From Anaerolineae bacterium (GTDB lineage: Bacteria > Chloroflexota > Anaerolineae > B4-G1 > DUEL01), in contig JASFBC010000139.1 of NCBI GenBank assembly GCA_036172315.1, positions 1,728 through 65,727 on the forward strand: 64,000 bases of DNA, written 5' to 3'. A program made the position numbers and the translations under genes. This document shows positions 10,346 through 19,650 of this stretch, in pieces. Below the pieces are notes generated by a model. That model ran no database searches, was not told where the DNA came from, and saw only the letters and a program-made list of their open reading frames with translations. How positions within the stretch are numbered: the first letter of the stretch is position 1; every line of letters begins with the position of its first letter.

Positions 10346-11461
10346 TGGACGAATTACGAAGCCGTCTTCTCGCCCTGCAGGCCCGACTCCAGGACATCCG
10401 GAGGCGGCTTTGACTTGGACGGCAAAGAGCAGGAAATCGCCCGCCTGGAGAAACGGGCCGCCGCACCGGACTTCTGGGATGACCTCCAGGCCGCTCAGCG
10501 GGTCATGCAGCGCCTGGCCGACCTGCGCGACGAGCGGGAGCCCTGGGTCGCCCTGGAACAGCGCGTCGCGGATGCCCTGGAACTGGCCGCATTGGGCGAC
10601 GAAAGCCTGATAGAAGAACTCCGGAACGAAGCGGAGGAGGTAGAAAACCGACTGGAAAAACTGGAGTTTCGCCTTCTCTTCTCCGGCCCCTACGACCGGA
10701 ATGACGCCTTCCTGGCCATCCACGCCGGGGCCGGCGGCACCGACGCCCAGGACTTCGCCGAGATGTTGCTGCGGATGTACCTGCGCTGGGCCGAATCCCG
10801 GGGCTACCAGACCGACCTGGTGGACCGGCTCTATGGAGAGGAAGCCGGCATCAAACGGGCCACCGTCGCCGTCTCCGGGCCCTACGCCTACGGCTACCTG
10901 CGAGCCGAGCGGGGCGTCCACCGGCTGGTCCGCCTCTCCCCCTTTGACGCCGCCCATCGCCGCCACACCTCCTTCGCCCTGGTGGAGGTCTGGCCGGACC
11001 TGCCGGAAACGGCCAGCATTCACATCAATCCGGACGATCTGAAGATTGAGACTTTTCGCTCCTCTAGCGCAGGCGGCCAGCATATGCAGAAAAACGAGAC
11101 CGCCGTCCGCATCACCCACCTCCCCACCGGCATCGTCGTCACCTGCCAGAACGAGCGCTCCCAGACCCAGAACCGGGAGACAGCCCTGCGGGTTCTGCGG
11201 GCCCGTCTCATAGAAATGGAGGAAGAAAAACGCCAGCGGGAACTGGCGGAAATCAAAGGCAAACACATTGAGGCGGCCTGGGGCAACCAGATTCGCTCCT
11301 ACATCCTCCACCCCTACCAACTGGTCAAGGACCACCGCACCGGCTACGAAACCGGCAACACTCAGGCCGTGCTGGACGGAGAACTGGACGCGTTTATGGA
11401 AGCGTACTTGAGGTCCACTCTCTGGGAAGGAGGAAACGGAGCATGGACGAACAACCGGTAG
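10345..11461 (+). CDS. prfB: Peptide chain release factor 2, requiring a programmed +1 frameshift at CTT TGA C (10408-10414)
   Basis: Frame 0 runs ATG(10345)..22 codons..CGG CTT TGA(10411), preceded by the internal SD GGAGG. The +1 frame continues DGKEQEIARLEKR... to 11461 with the GGQ motif (SSSAGGQHMQKNE). Confidence 0.9.
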
Positions 11462-11712
11462 AGGAACTGGTCGGACAGGTCTCCCACTGGTACGGTAAAA
11501 TCAGCGTGATGGGCGTGACGCTCACCGGACGGCTGGCCGTGGGCGATACCATCCGCGTGCGCGGCCACACCACCGACTTCACCCAGCGGGTCACCTCTAT
11601 GCAGGCCTGGCATCAGGACATCGCCGAGGCCAGCCCGGGCGACCAGATCGGCATCCGCGCCGCCTTCCGCGCCCGCCCCGGCGACCGGGTCTATAAGATA
11701 ACCAGCGGGTAG
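11443..11712 (+). CDS. Small beta-barrel protein, EF-Tu domain-2-like (hypothetical, 89 aa)
   Basis: VMGVTLTGRLAVGDTIRVRGHTTDFTQ...GDQIGI resembles the EF-Tu domain-2 fold. Overlaps the prfB end by 19 nt. Its 3' ~115 nt are tandemly duplicated downstream. Confidence 0.55.
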   Translation: MDEQPVEELVGQVSHWYGKISVMGVTLTGRLAVGDTIRVRGHTTDFTQRVTSMQAWHQDIAEASPGDQIGIRAAFRARPGDRVYKITSG

Positions 11713-11730
11713 CGCAAGATTTATCTTGCC

Positions 11731-11872
11731 CTTCACCCAGTGGGTCACCTCTATGCAGGCCTGGCACCAGGAGATCGCCGAGGCCGGCCCGGGCGACCCG
11801 ATCGGCATCCGCGCTGCCTCCCGCGTCCGCCCCGGCGATCGGACCTCAGTGCAAGATCGATCTTGTGCCTGC
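11731..11872 (+). repeat. Diverged tandem duplicate (~90% identical) of the 3' end of the upstream 89-aa gene, including its terminal palindrome
   Basis: Nucleotide alignment 11575-11725 vs 11731-11872. Both copies end with a CAAGATnnATCTTG palindrome. Confidence 0.75.
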
Positions 11873-11899
11873 TTCTGCGCGATTCTGTGGCCCTGCGAC

Positions 11900-13417
11900 A
11901 TGCGCCCTTCAGACCTTCTGTGTCGGGTTCGGGAATTCATCCGCCGCCACGACCTGCTGAGCGTCGGCGACGGGGTAGTGGTGGGTGTCTCCGGTGGGCC
12001 GGACTCCCTCTGCCTGCTCCACCTGTTGCTGCGCCTGCGGGAGGAGTACCGGCTGCAACTCCACGTAGCCCACCTCCACCACGGCGCGCGCGGCGAGGAT
12101 GCCGACGCGGATGCCGCCTTCGTTGCCGACCTGGCCCGGGAATGGGGCCTCCCCGCTACCCTGGCGCGAGAGGACGTCCCTGCCATTGCCCGCGCCCACA
12201 AACTGGCCTTTGAGGAAGCCGCCCGCCGCGTCCGCTACGCCTTCCTGGCCCACGTCGCCGGAGAGGTCGGCGCCGCGAAGGTCGCAGTGGGCCACCACGC
12301 CGATGACCAGGCCGAGACGGTGCTTATGCATTTCCTGCGTGGCGCAGGGCTGGCCGGACTGCGGGGGATGCGCCCGGCGACCCCCCTCTCCGAGTACCGT
12401 CTCCTGCCCCAAACCGGCCCCTTCTCCCTTCCGGACCGTCTGCCCCTGCTCATCCGCCCGCTCCTGGACATCCCGCGCGCGGAGATAGAAGCGTACTGTG
12501 CCGAACAGGGCCTCACGTCCCGCTTTGACCGCTCCAACCTGGATACGACCTACTTCCGCAACCGGCTGCGGCACGAACTCCTGCCCCTTCTGGAGACCTA
12601 TAACCCCAACATCCGTCGCCGCCTCTGCCACACGGCGGAGGTCGTCGCCGCCGACTACGAACTCCTGGCCCAGATGCGGGACTGGGCCTGGGATCGGATC
12701 GTGCGGGAGGAATCGGAGAAAGCCATCGTCCTGGACCGGGCCGCATGGCAGGCTCAGCCGCTATCGCTCCAGCGGGCGCTCATCCGGGAGGCAGCCTACC
12801 GGCTGCGCCCCTCCCTGCGGGATGTGGACTTCGTCCACGTAGAGGCGGCGGTGCAGGTGGCCCGTGCGGGTACGACCGGCGCGCAGGCCACCCTCCCCGG
12901 CGGCCTGGCCCTCACCGTTGGCTACGACACACTCACCATCGCCGACGCCGGGTACGAGCCGCCGCCCCCAGGCCCGACCCTCCCTCCGGGGACGGAGATA
13001 CCGGTGGCCCTGCCAGGCCGGACCCCCCTGCCGGGCGGCGAGTGGGTCCTGGAGGCAGAACTTCCGGAGACCTGGACTCTGGCAGAGGTGAGGGGCAACC
13101 CGGATCGGTGGACAGCGTACCTGGATGCGGAGAGCCTGCAGGGGACGCCGGTCCTGCGCACCCGTCGCCTCGGCGACCGCTTCCGGCCCCAGGGCATGGG
13201 CGGCCATGCCCCCCCGCTGACGGACTGGATGATCAACGCCCGGGTCCCCCGCCCGGCGCGCAATTCCCTGCCGCTTTTGGTCTCTGGCGACGGGGAGATC
13301 CTCTGGGTCTGCGGCTGGCGCGTCTCGGAGACCGCCGCCGTCCGCCCCGAGACCCGCCGGGTGGTCCGATTCCGGTTCCGTCGGGAGAGAGGCACAGGAA
13401 AGACGGGCGTTGAGTAA
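11900..13417 (+). CDS. tilS: tRNA(Ile)-lysidine synthetase
   Basis: PP-loop SGGPDS (VVVGVSGGPDSLCLL) and TilS C-terminal domain. The upstream 58 codons of the ORF-track ORF are the duplicated fragment, so the start is taken at the ATG of MRPSDLL. Confidence 0.85.
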   Translation: MRPSDLLCRVREFIRRHDLLSVGDGVVVGVSGGPDSLCLLHLLLRLREEYRLQLHVAHLHHGARGEDADADAAFVADLAREWGLPATLAREDVPAIARAHKLAFEEAARRVRYAFLAHVAGEVGAAKVAVGHHADDQAETVLMHFLRGAGLAGLRGMRPATPLSEYRLLPQTGPFSLPDRLPLLIRPLLDIPRAEIEAYCAEQGLTSRFDRSNLDTTYFRNRLRHELLPLLETYNPNIRRRLCHTAEVVAADYELLAQMRDWAWDRIVREESEKAIVLDRAAWQAQPLSLQRALIREAAYRLRPSLRDVDFVHVEAAVQVARAGTTGAQATLPGGLALTVGYDTLTIADAGYEPPPPGPTLPPGTEIPVALPGRTPLPGGEWVLEAELPETWTLAEVRGNPDRWTAYLDAESLQGTPVLRTRRLGDRFRPQGMGGHAPPLTDWMINARVPRPARNSLPLLVSGDGEILWVCGWRVSETAAVRPETRRVVRFRFRRERGTGKTGVE

Positions 13418-13470
13418 TCCGCATACCCGGGATTGCCACCGAGATTGAACGGGGCGTCATCTATGTTTAA

Positions 13471-13647
13471 GCGAACCGACAGGGAGTTTCTGGCGACATT
13501 CTGGAAGCCGCTCGTCGCATCCGGGCATACGTAGCCGGGATGACCTATGAGTCCTTTCTGGAGGACACGAAGACCTAGGATGCAGTAGTCCGCAATCTGG
13601 AGATTATCGGCGAGGCCGTGAAAAAACATTTTGCAACGGGTGAGCCG
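13471..13647 (+). pseudogene. Decayed fragment of a HepT-family (HEPN, DUF86) toxin gene, N-terminally truncated with an internal stop
   Basis: The frame translates ..GDILEAARRIRAYVAGMTYESFLEDTKT*DAVVRNLEIIGEAVKKHF.., matching HepT up to the R-x4-H region. It has no start, has an in-frame TAG at ~13576, and runs into the DJ-1 gene. Confidence 0.5.
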
Positions 13648-14271
13648 ATGAGCAAACGGATACTCTATCTGATTGGTATTGCCCTGGGGGTTATAGTCCT
13701 GGCCGCCTGCCGGCCTGCCCCCGCCGCGCCGACCGGGACGCCGGCCCCCCAACGGGGCCGTATCCTGATGGTCATCGCGCCCCAGGACTTCCGGGACGAG
13801 GAGTACGCCCGCCCGCGCGAGATTCTGGAATCCGCCGGATACGCCGTCACCGTCGCCTCCCGCTCCCGGGAGACGGCCCGGGGGATGCTGGGGATGCGGG
13901 TTCAGCCCGACCTCCTCCTCCCCGAAGCCCGCGCCGCCGACTACGACGCGGTCATTTTTGTCGGCGGGAACGGCGCCCAGACTTACTGGGACGACCCGGA
14001 GGCCCATCGGCTGGCGCAGGAAGCCGCCGCCGCAGGCAAGGTGGTCGCGGCCATCTGCATCGCCCCGGTCATCCTGGCCCGCGCCGGCGTGCTGGAAGGG
14101 AAACAGGCCACCGTTTTTAACCCTCCATCCCTCTGCACCGAACTGACCGCCCACGGAGCCACCTGCACCGACACATCCGTCCAGCGGGACGGGCGGATCG
14201 TCACCGCTTCCGGCCCCCACGCGGCGGAAGAGTTTGCCCGGGCCATCCTGGCCGCCCTGGAGGAACCCTGA
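13648..14271 (+). CDS. DJ-1/PfpI family protein (class I glutamine amidotransferase-like), lipoprotein
   Basis: Signal peptide with lipobox LAAC. ILMVIAPQDFRDEEY.., AICIAPVILA, and the nucleophile-elbow Cys region. The ORF-track start at 13618 belongs to the HepT remnant. Confidence 0.8.
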   Translation: MSKRILYLIGIALGVIVLAACRPAPAAPTGTPAPQRGRILMVIAPQDFRDEEYARPREILESAGYAVTVASRSRETARGMLGMRVQPDLLLPEARAADYDAVIFVGGNGAQTYWDDPEAHRLAQEAAAAGKVVAAICIAPVILARAGVLEGKQATVFNPPSLCTELTAHGATCTDTSVQRDGRIVTASGPHAAEEFARAILAALEEP

Positions 14272-15254
14272 TGCTGACCCCGAAGGTACGGACCGTCCTG
14301 ACCTGGCTGACCGTTGTGGCGATCGTGGTGATGCTCATCAGCGGCCTGGCCAGTGCGCTTCGGGTGCTGGCCCGCCCGTCCGGGCAACGCCTGGCGCTCT
14401 CCATCACGCCGCCGGAGGTGACCCTCTGCGTCGGCGAGACGGCGGTCTTTTCCGCCGCGCCGCTCCCGGCAGCCCGCTGGGCCGCCACCGGCGGCACCAT
14501 CGGCGCCGACGGCCGCTACACCGCCGGCGACCTCCCCGGCAACTACGAAGCCCAGGCCGTCGGGCCGGGCGGGGAGCAGGGCCGGGCCTACATCCACATC
14601 GTCGCCTGCACCCCGACCCCGCTCCCCACGCCCACACCCATACCCACCCCGACCCCGACCCCCACGCCGCCGCCCACGCCCATCCCGGAGGCGGACCCGG
14701 CAGGCGACCTCTTCGTCTACAACACTGGCGCTGCCGCCCCCGCTCCCTTTGACGGCGTGGACATCCGCAACGGTTCCTTCGCCGCCGACGGGCACCTCCG
14801 GCTGGAGAGCATGCCCGCCGAATGGACCGGGTGGGCCCAGGCGGGGGAGACCGTCCTCTGGATGGCCCTCCACACCCCCATCCCGGAGAAGATGCCGGTG
14901 CGGACCGATTGGTTCTTCGTCCTGGACCTGGACGGGAATCCAGGGACGGGCCGCCCGCCGGGAACTCGTCCCGCCAACCGGGGCCTGGGGGATGAGGTAG
15001 CCGTAGGGCTTTACTACGACCCGACCGATGGCGCGTTCCACTCGTACCTCCTGCTCTGGAATGCCGCGCGGGGGGATTTTGATGACGGCGGGGAGCCTCG
15101 CTACTGGCTCTCTCCGGACCGTACGGTGGTAGCCCTGGCGGTATCGGGGGATATTCTGGGTCCCCGGGGGTTTGCGCCGGAAGCGGCGCGCGGTCGGGCG
15201 GCGACCATCGCCTACACCACCCCTGAGCCCGTCGCCGACTTCTACCCCCAGTAG
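14271..15254 (+). CDS. Hypothetical membrane-anchored secreted protein with a Pro/Thr-rich linker
   Basis: N-terminal TM helix, TPTPLPTPTPIPTPTPTPTPPPTPIP linker, no recognisable catalytic motif. ATGA overlap with the upstream gene. Confidence 0.6.
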   Translation: MLTPKVRTVLTWLTVVAIVVMLISGLASALRVLARPSGQRLALSITPPEVTLCVGETAVFSAAPLPAARWAATGGTIGADGRYTAGDLPGNYEAQAVGPGGEQGRAYIHIVACTPTPLPTPTPIPTPTPTPTPPPTPIPEADPAGDLFVYNTGAAAPAPFDGVDIRNGSFAADGHLRLESMPAEWTGWAQAGETVLWMALHTPIPEKMPVRTDWFFVLDLDGNPGTGRPPGTRPANRGLGDEVAVGLYYDPTDGAFHSYLLLWNAARGDFDDGGEPRYWLSPDRTVVALAVSGDILGPRGFAPEAARGRAATIAYTTPEPVADFYPQ

Positions 15255-15273
15255 CGCTCTGCGACTCTGCGCC

Positions 15274-16176
15274 ATGCTCCCTGCTCCCTGCGACCTGGGC
15301 ATCGTCATCGTCAACTACAACACCCGCGACCTGCTGCGGGCGTGTCTGCGCACCGTCTACGCCAGCCGGGGGGATTTCACCTTTCAGGTCTGCGTGGTGG
15401 ATAACGGCTCCGCCGATGGAAGCGGGGAAATGGTGACGGCGGAGTTCCCCCAGGCCCACTCCATTCTCAACCCGGACAATCGGGGGTATCCGGCGGCCAA
15501 CAACCAGGGACTGCGCCTGCTGGGGTTCCCGGACGGCGCCGACGCGCCTCGCTTCGCCCTGCTCCTCAACCCGGATACCGAACTCCCTCCCGACGCGCTG
15601 GCGAAGATGCTGGCCTTTCTGGAGGCGCATCCGGAGGCCGGCGTTGCCGGCCCCAAACTGGTGCGGCAGGACGGCTCCCTGGACCTGGCCTGTCGTCGTT
15701 CCTTCCCCTCGCCGGAGGTCTCTTTCTACCGGTTCTCCGGCCTGGCGCGCCTCTTTCCCCGCAGCCGCCGCTTTGGGCGCTACAACCTCACCTACCTGGA
15801 CCCGGACGAGATGGCGGAGGTGGACGCCGTGGTGGGGGCTTTTATGATGCTGCGCCGGGAGGCCATCGCCCAAGTTGGCCTGCTGGATGAGGGGTTCTTT
15901 ATGTACGGGGAAGACCTGGACTGGTGCTACCGCATCAAGGCGGCGGGCTGGAAAGTGTACTACAACCCGGAGGTAACGGTTCTCCACATCAAGCGGGCCG
16001 CCAGCATTCGCAACCCCCGCGCCCAGGTGGAGTTCTGGCGGGCGATGGATTACTTCTACCGGAAACACTACGCTGCCCGCACCCCCTGGCCGCTCCACGT
16101 CCTGATTCTGGCAGCCATCCGGACCCGAACCCATCTGGAGCGGCTGCGCTGGCGGATAGCGGGGGTGAAGGTATAA
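15274..16176 (+). CDS. Glycosyltransferase family 2
   Basis: IVIVNYNTRDLL, VVDNGSADGS and NRGYPAANNQG (DXD-containing GT-A fold). Paralog of the gene at 60585-61511. Confidence 0.85.
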   Translation: MLPAPCDLGIVIVNYNTRDLLRACLRTVYASRGDFTFQVCVVDNGSADGSGEMVTAEFPQAHSILNPDNRGYPAANNQGLRLLGFPDGADAPRFALLLNPDTELPPDALAKMLAFLEAHPEAGVAGPKLVRQDGSLDLACRRSFPSPEVSFYRFSGLARLFPRSRRFGRYNLTYLDPDEMAEVDAVVGAFMMLRREAIAQVGLLDEGFFMYGEDLDWCYRIKAAGWKVYYNPEVTVLHIKRAASIRNPRAQVEFWRAMDYFYRKHYAARTPWPLHVLILAAIRTRTHLERLRWRIAGVKV

Positions 16177-16309
16177 GGTATGATGGGAGCGAGAACCCAG
16201 CCGGGTTTGACGATGCGGCTTTCGTGTGTTATATTGTAATACAGGCCGCCAGGCCTGCACGCAGGCTAACAGCCTGCGCCACGGATTCATCCTGTATGCA
16301 GGATGTGAA

Positions 16310-17722
16310 ATGAAAAAACGTCGCGCACAAATTTTCTTTATCGGAACCCTGTTTCTGACCGATGCGCTGATGGCCGGGGCGGCCTTTTACGGCGCCTACT
16401 GGCTGCGCGCGACGCTCCCCTTTCCGGCGGAGGCGGTCACCCTGGCCGCGCCCCCCGCCTACGCCCCGGTGATGCTGGCCCATGTCGCAGCGGTCCTCAT
16501 CGCTCTGGCCTTCAACCGTCTCTACATCCTGGCCCGTAGCCCCTCCCGGGTGGACGAGTTCTATCAGACCATCGGGGCCGCCACGACAGGCACCATCACC
16601 GGCATCGCCCTCTCCTACTTCCTCTTCAAAAACACACCCCTGGAGGTGGATTACCCCCGGGCGATGATGATATATGCCTGGATGCTGACCATTCTCCTGG
16701 TGACGGTGGGGCGGCTGGCCCACGGGCGGCTGCGGGCGGCCCTCCAGGCCCGGGGCTGGGGACGGGACCGGGTGCTGGTGGTGGGCACCGGGGACGTGGC
16801 GCGGATGATTCTCCACAAGATTCTGGGCAACCCCGGCCTAGGTTATCAGGTGGTGGGGACGGTAGAGGTAGAGGGTTACCCAACGGTAACCCTGCCGGCC
16901 CCCATTCTGGGCAATGCCCGCGACTTGGGCAACCTGATTGAACAGCACCAGGTGGATGAAGTCATCATCGCGCTGCCGGAGGCAACCCACCAGGAGATTC
17001 TCACCCTTATCTCCGAGTGCGAGCGGGGCAAGGCGACCATCAAGGTTTTCCCCGACGTGTTCCAGATCATCGCTGGACCGATGGGCATCGGCGACCTGGG
17101 CGGGCTCCCTCTGCTGACGGTGCGCGAGGTCGCCCTGCGGGGCTGGCGGCGGGCCGCCAAACGGTTGATGGACATCGTCGGCGCAACGGTGGGGCTCATT
17201 CTCCTCTCCCCGCTGATGCTCCTCACCGCCATCCTTATCAAACTGGATTCCCCCGGCCCCGCCTTCTATGTCCAGGAACGGATGGGGCTGGACGCCCGCC
17301 CCTTCCTGATGTTCAAGTTCCGCTCCATGCGGCAGGACGCAGAGGCCCGGGGGCCGGGCTGGACCCGCCCCGGCGACCCCCGGGTGACTCGCCTGGGCAG
17401 TACTCTGCGCCGACTGAACGTGGACGAGTTGCCCCAGTTGATCAACGTCCTGCTGGGGGAGATGAGCCTGGTAGGGCCTCGCCCGGAGCGGCCCGTCTAC
17501 GTGGCCCAGTTCCGCCGCTCCATTCCCCGCTACATGGACCGGCACCGGGAGAAGGCCGGCATGACCGGCTGGGCCCAGGTAAACGGCCTGCGGGGGGATA
17601 CCTCCATCGCCGAGCGGACCAAGTACGACCTCTGGTACATTGAGAACTGGTCGCTCCTGCTGGACATCAAAATTCTCCTGCGCACGCTGGTCAACATCTT
17701 CCGCTCCCCCAACGCATATTGA
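16310..17722 (+). CDS. Undecaprenyl-phosphate sugar phosphotransferase (exopolysaccharide-priming, WbaP/EpsL-like)
   Basis: N-terminal TM region plus the C-terminal bacterial sugar transferase domain (FKFRSM..PRVTRLGSTLRRLNVDELPQLINVL.GEMSLVGPRPE). Confidence 0.85.
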   Translation: MKKRRAQIFFIGTLFLTDALMAGAAFYGAYWLRATLPFPAEAVTLAAPPAYAPVMLAHVAAVLIALAFNRLYILARSPSRVDEFYQTIGAATTGTITGIALSYFLFKNTPLEVDYPRAMMIYAWMLTILLVTVGRLAHGRLRAALQARGWGRDRVLVVGTGDVARMILHKILGNPGLGYQVVGTVEVEGYPTVTLPAPILGNARDLGNLIEQHQVDEVIIALPEATHQEILTLISECERGKATIKVFPDVFQIIAGPMGIGDLGGLPLLTVREVALRGWRRAAKRLMDIVGATVGLILLSPLMLLTAILIKLDSPGPAFYVQERMGLDARPFLMFKFRSMRQDAEARGPGWTRPGDPRVTRLGSTLRRLNVDELPQLINVLLGEMSLVGPRPERPVYVAQFRRSIPRYMDRHREKAGMTGWAQVNGLRGDTSIAERTKYDLWYIENWSLLLDIKILLRTLVNIFRSPNAY

Positions 17723-17788
17723 CGGCCAGCGCCCTCAGGCGCCGAGCGTTCGCCTTCGCGGACTCCTCCCGTCGGCGAACGCCGACGG

Positions 17789-18862
17789 TCAGAAGACATG
17801 AACCGCCGAGGCCTTGAAGGCGATGCAGACCTCCTCTCCCTCCCGCAACCCCATTTCCTCCAGCGATGGCCGGGTGACCGCGCAGACGAAATCCACCGCC
17901 CCCGGCAGGGCCCGCACCGTCACATAGACGAGGGCCCCCCGGTCCAGCACCCCCACCACGCGCCCCCGAAAGGAGTTGCGCATGCTGGAATGGAGCGGCT
18001 CCCGGGAGAGCACCACCTCCTCCGGCCGGATGGACGCGTGGACGAGACCGGACCGGTCGGTCAGGACGGCTATCCTCATCCTCTCCCGCCCGGCACCCCC
18101 TACGACGAGCCACCGATAACCCCCATCTCCGGGGAAGATTTCACCCCGGAAGATATTCCTCACCCCCACAAAACGGGCCACGAATTCCGATTCGGGCTTG
18201 CGGAAAATCTCCTCCGGCGAGCCGACCTGAACCACTTTCCCCTGATTCATCACCCCGATGCGGTCAGCCAGCGCGACGGCTTCCTCAAAGTCATGGGTGA
18301 CGTGAATCGTCGTCGTGCCCAGTTCCTGGTGCAATCGGGCCAACTCTCGCTGCAGGTCCTCTTTCGTCTGCGGGTCCAGCGCGCTCAGGGGCTCGTCCAG
18401 CAGCAGAAGGGAGGGCTCAATCGCCAGCGCGCGGGCCAGGGCCACCCGCTGGGCCTCGCCCCCGCTCAGCGTTCCAGGGCGGCGATGGAGCAGAGGATGA
18501 ACGGAGAGCCGGCGGCTGATCCTCTCTACCTGTTCCGTAACAGCCCTCCGATCCAGCCCCTTCAACCGCAGGCCGAAGGCGATGTTCTCGGCCACGCTCA
18601 AATGCGGGAAGAGCGCGTAATCCTGGTAGACAAATCCGATGGAGCGGCGCTCCGGCGGAACCCGGGTGATGTCCTCGCCGTTGAGGAGAATTCGCCCCCG
18701 CTGGGGGAAGCGAAGCCCCGCGATGGCCTCCAGCAGCACCGTCTTACCGGCGCCGGTCGGGCCGAGAATAACGAAGTACTCGCCCGGGACAACTTCCAGA
18801 TAGACCCCGCACAGGTGGAACTCCCCCAGGTCCAGCCACAAATCCATCACTTGGAGGCTCAT
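17789..18862 (-). CDS. wtpC: Molybdate/tungstate ABC transporter ATP-binding protein with C-terminal TOBE domain
   Basis: Walker A GPTGAGKT, LSGGE signature, and a C-terminal TOBE-like region. Confidence 0.8.
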   Translation of the reverse strand: MSLQVMDLWLDLGEFHLCGVYLEVVPGEYFVILGPTGAGKTVLLEAIAGLRFPQRGRILLNGEDITRVPPERRSIGFVYQDYALFPHLSVAENIAFGLRLKGLDRRAVTEQVERISRRLSVHPLLHRRPGTLSGGEAQRVALARALAIEPSLLLLDEPLSALDPQTKEDLQRELARLHQELGTTTIHVTHDFEEAVALADRIGVMNQGKVVQVGSPEEIFRKPESEFVARFVGVRNIFRGEIFPGDGGYRWLVVGGAGRERMRIAVLTDRSGLVHASIRPEEVVLSREPLHSSMRNSFRGRVVGVLDRGALVYVTVRALPGAVDFVCAVTRPSLEEMGLREGEEVCIAFKASAVHVF

Positions 18863-19650
18863 CTCGTTTTCCGCTCGATCTTGTGGATTCCCCGCAGCAG
18901 CACGAAAATGACCAGGCAGATTAGAATCATCACCGCCGCTACCGGCCGGGCGGAATCCAGCCCGAAGGACTCAAACCGCTGGTAGAGGAGCACCGGGGCC
19001 ACCATCGGGTGATAGGCCAGGATGACGACCGCGCCGAACTCGCTCAGTCCCCGGGCCCACATCATCATTGCTCCGGAGAGGATACTGCGCCAGGCCATAG
19101 GGAAGGAGACGCGCCAGAAAGCCTCCCAGGGGGATGCCCCCAACGTCCGCGCCACCCGCTCCAGGCGGGGATCCACCGCCTCAAACCCCTCCCGGGCCGC
19201 GTTGACCAGAAAGGAGAGGCTGACAAAGAGCATAGCGATGACGATGCCGGGCACGGCGGAGACGAACCTCAGGCCCAGGAGGCCGAATGCCTGGCCCAGC
19301 GGGGCCTGGCGCCCAAAGACCATCAGGAGCGCGACGCCAGCCGCCGAGTGCGGGACGACGACGGGCAAATCTATGACCCCTTCCACCACCCCCTTGCCGG
19401 GGAAATCCACACGGGCCAGCAGATAGGCCAGGGGGACGCCGCAGAGGAAGGCCAGCAGGGTGGCGATAAGGGACGCGTAGAGGGTCAGGGAGATGGCGCC
19501 GCGTACCTCCGGATCCAGGAGGGTTTGCCAGAGGACGGACGGGCTGGCGGCGGTGACCGTTCGGGCCAGCGGGACGACGACGAACAGGACCAGCAAGGCC
19601 CCGAGGGCAGAGAAGAGGGCGATCAGTCGGTTGGCGAAAAAGACTCTCAT
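18859..19650 (-). CDS. wtpB: Molybdate/tungstate ABC transporter permease
   Basis: 6-TM permease with an EAA-like loop. Starts MRVFFANRLIALF, with ATGA coupling to the wtpA stop. The ORF-track N-extension is read-through. Confidence 0.78.
   Translation of the reverse strand: MRVFFANRLIALFSALGALLVLFVVVPLARTVTAASPSVLWQTLLDPEVRGAISLTLYASLIATLLAFLCGVPLAYLLARVDFPGKGVVEGVIDLPVVVPHSAAGVALLMVFGRQAPLGQAFGLLGLRFVSAVPGIVIAMLFVSLSFLVNAAREGFEAVDPRLERVARTLGASPWEAFWRVSFPMAWRSILSGAMMMWARGLSEFGAVVILAYHPMVAPVLLYQRFESFGLDSARPVAAVMILICLVIFVLLRGIHKIERKTR

Noticed and set aside
13418-13470. Remnant of the MntA antitoxin partner upstream of the HepT fragment
   Set aside because: The 17-codon in-frame stretch (VIRIPGIATEIERGVIYV*) is too short and not diagnostic. 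I cannot support calling it.
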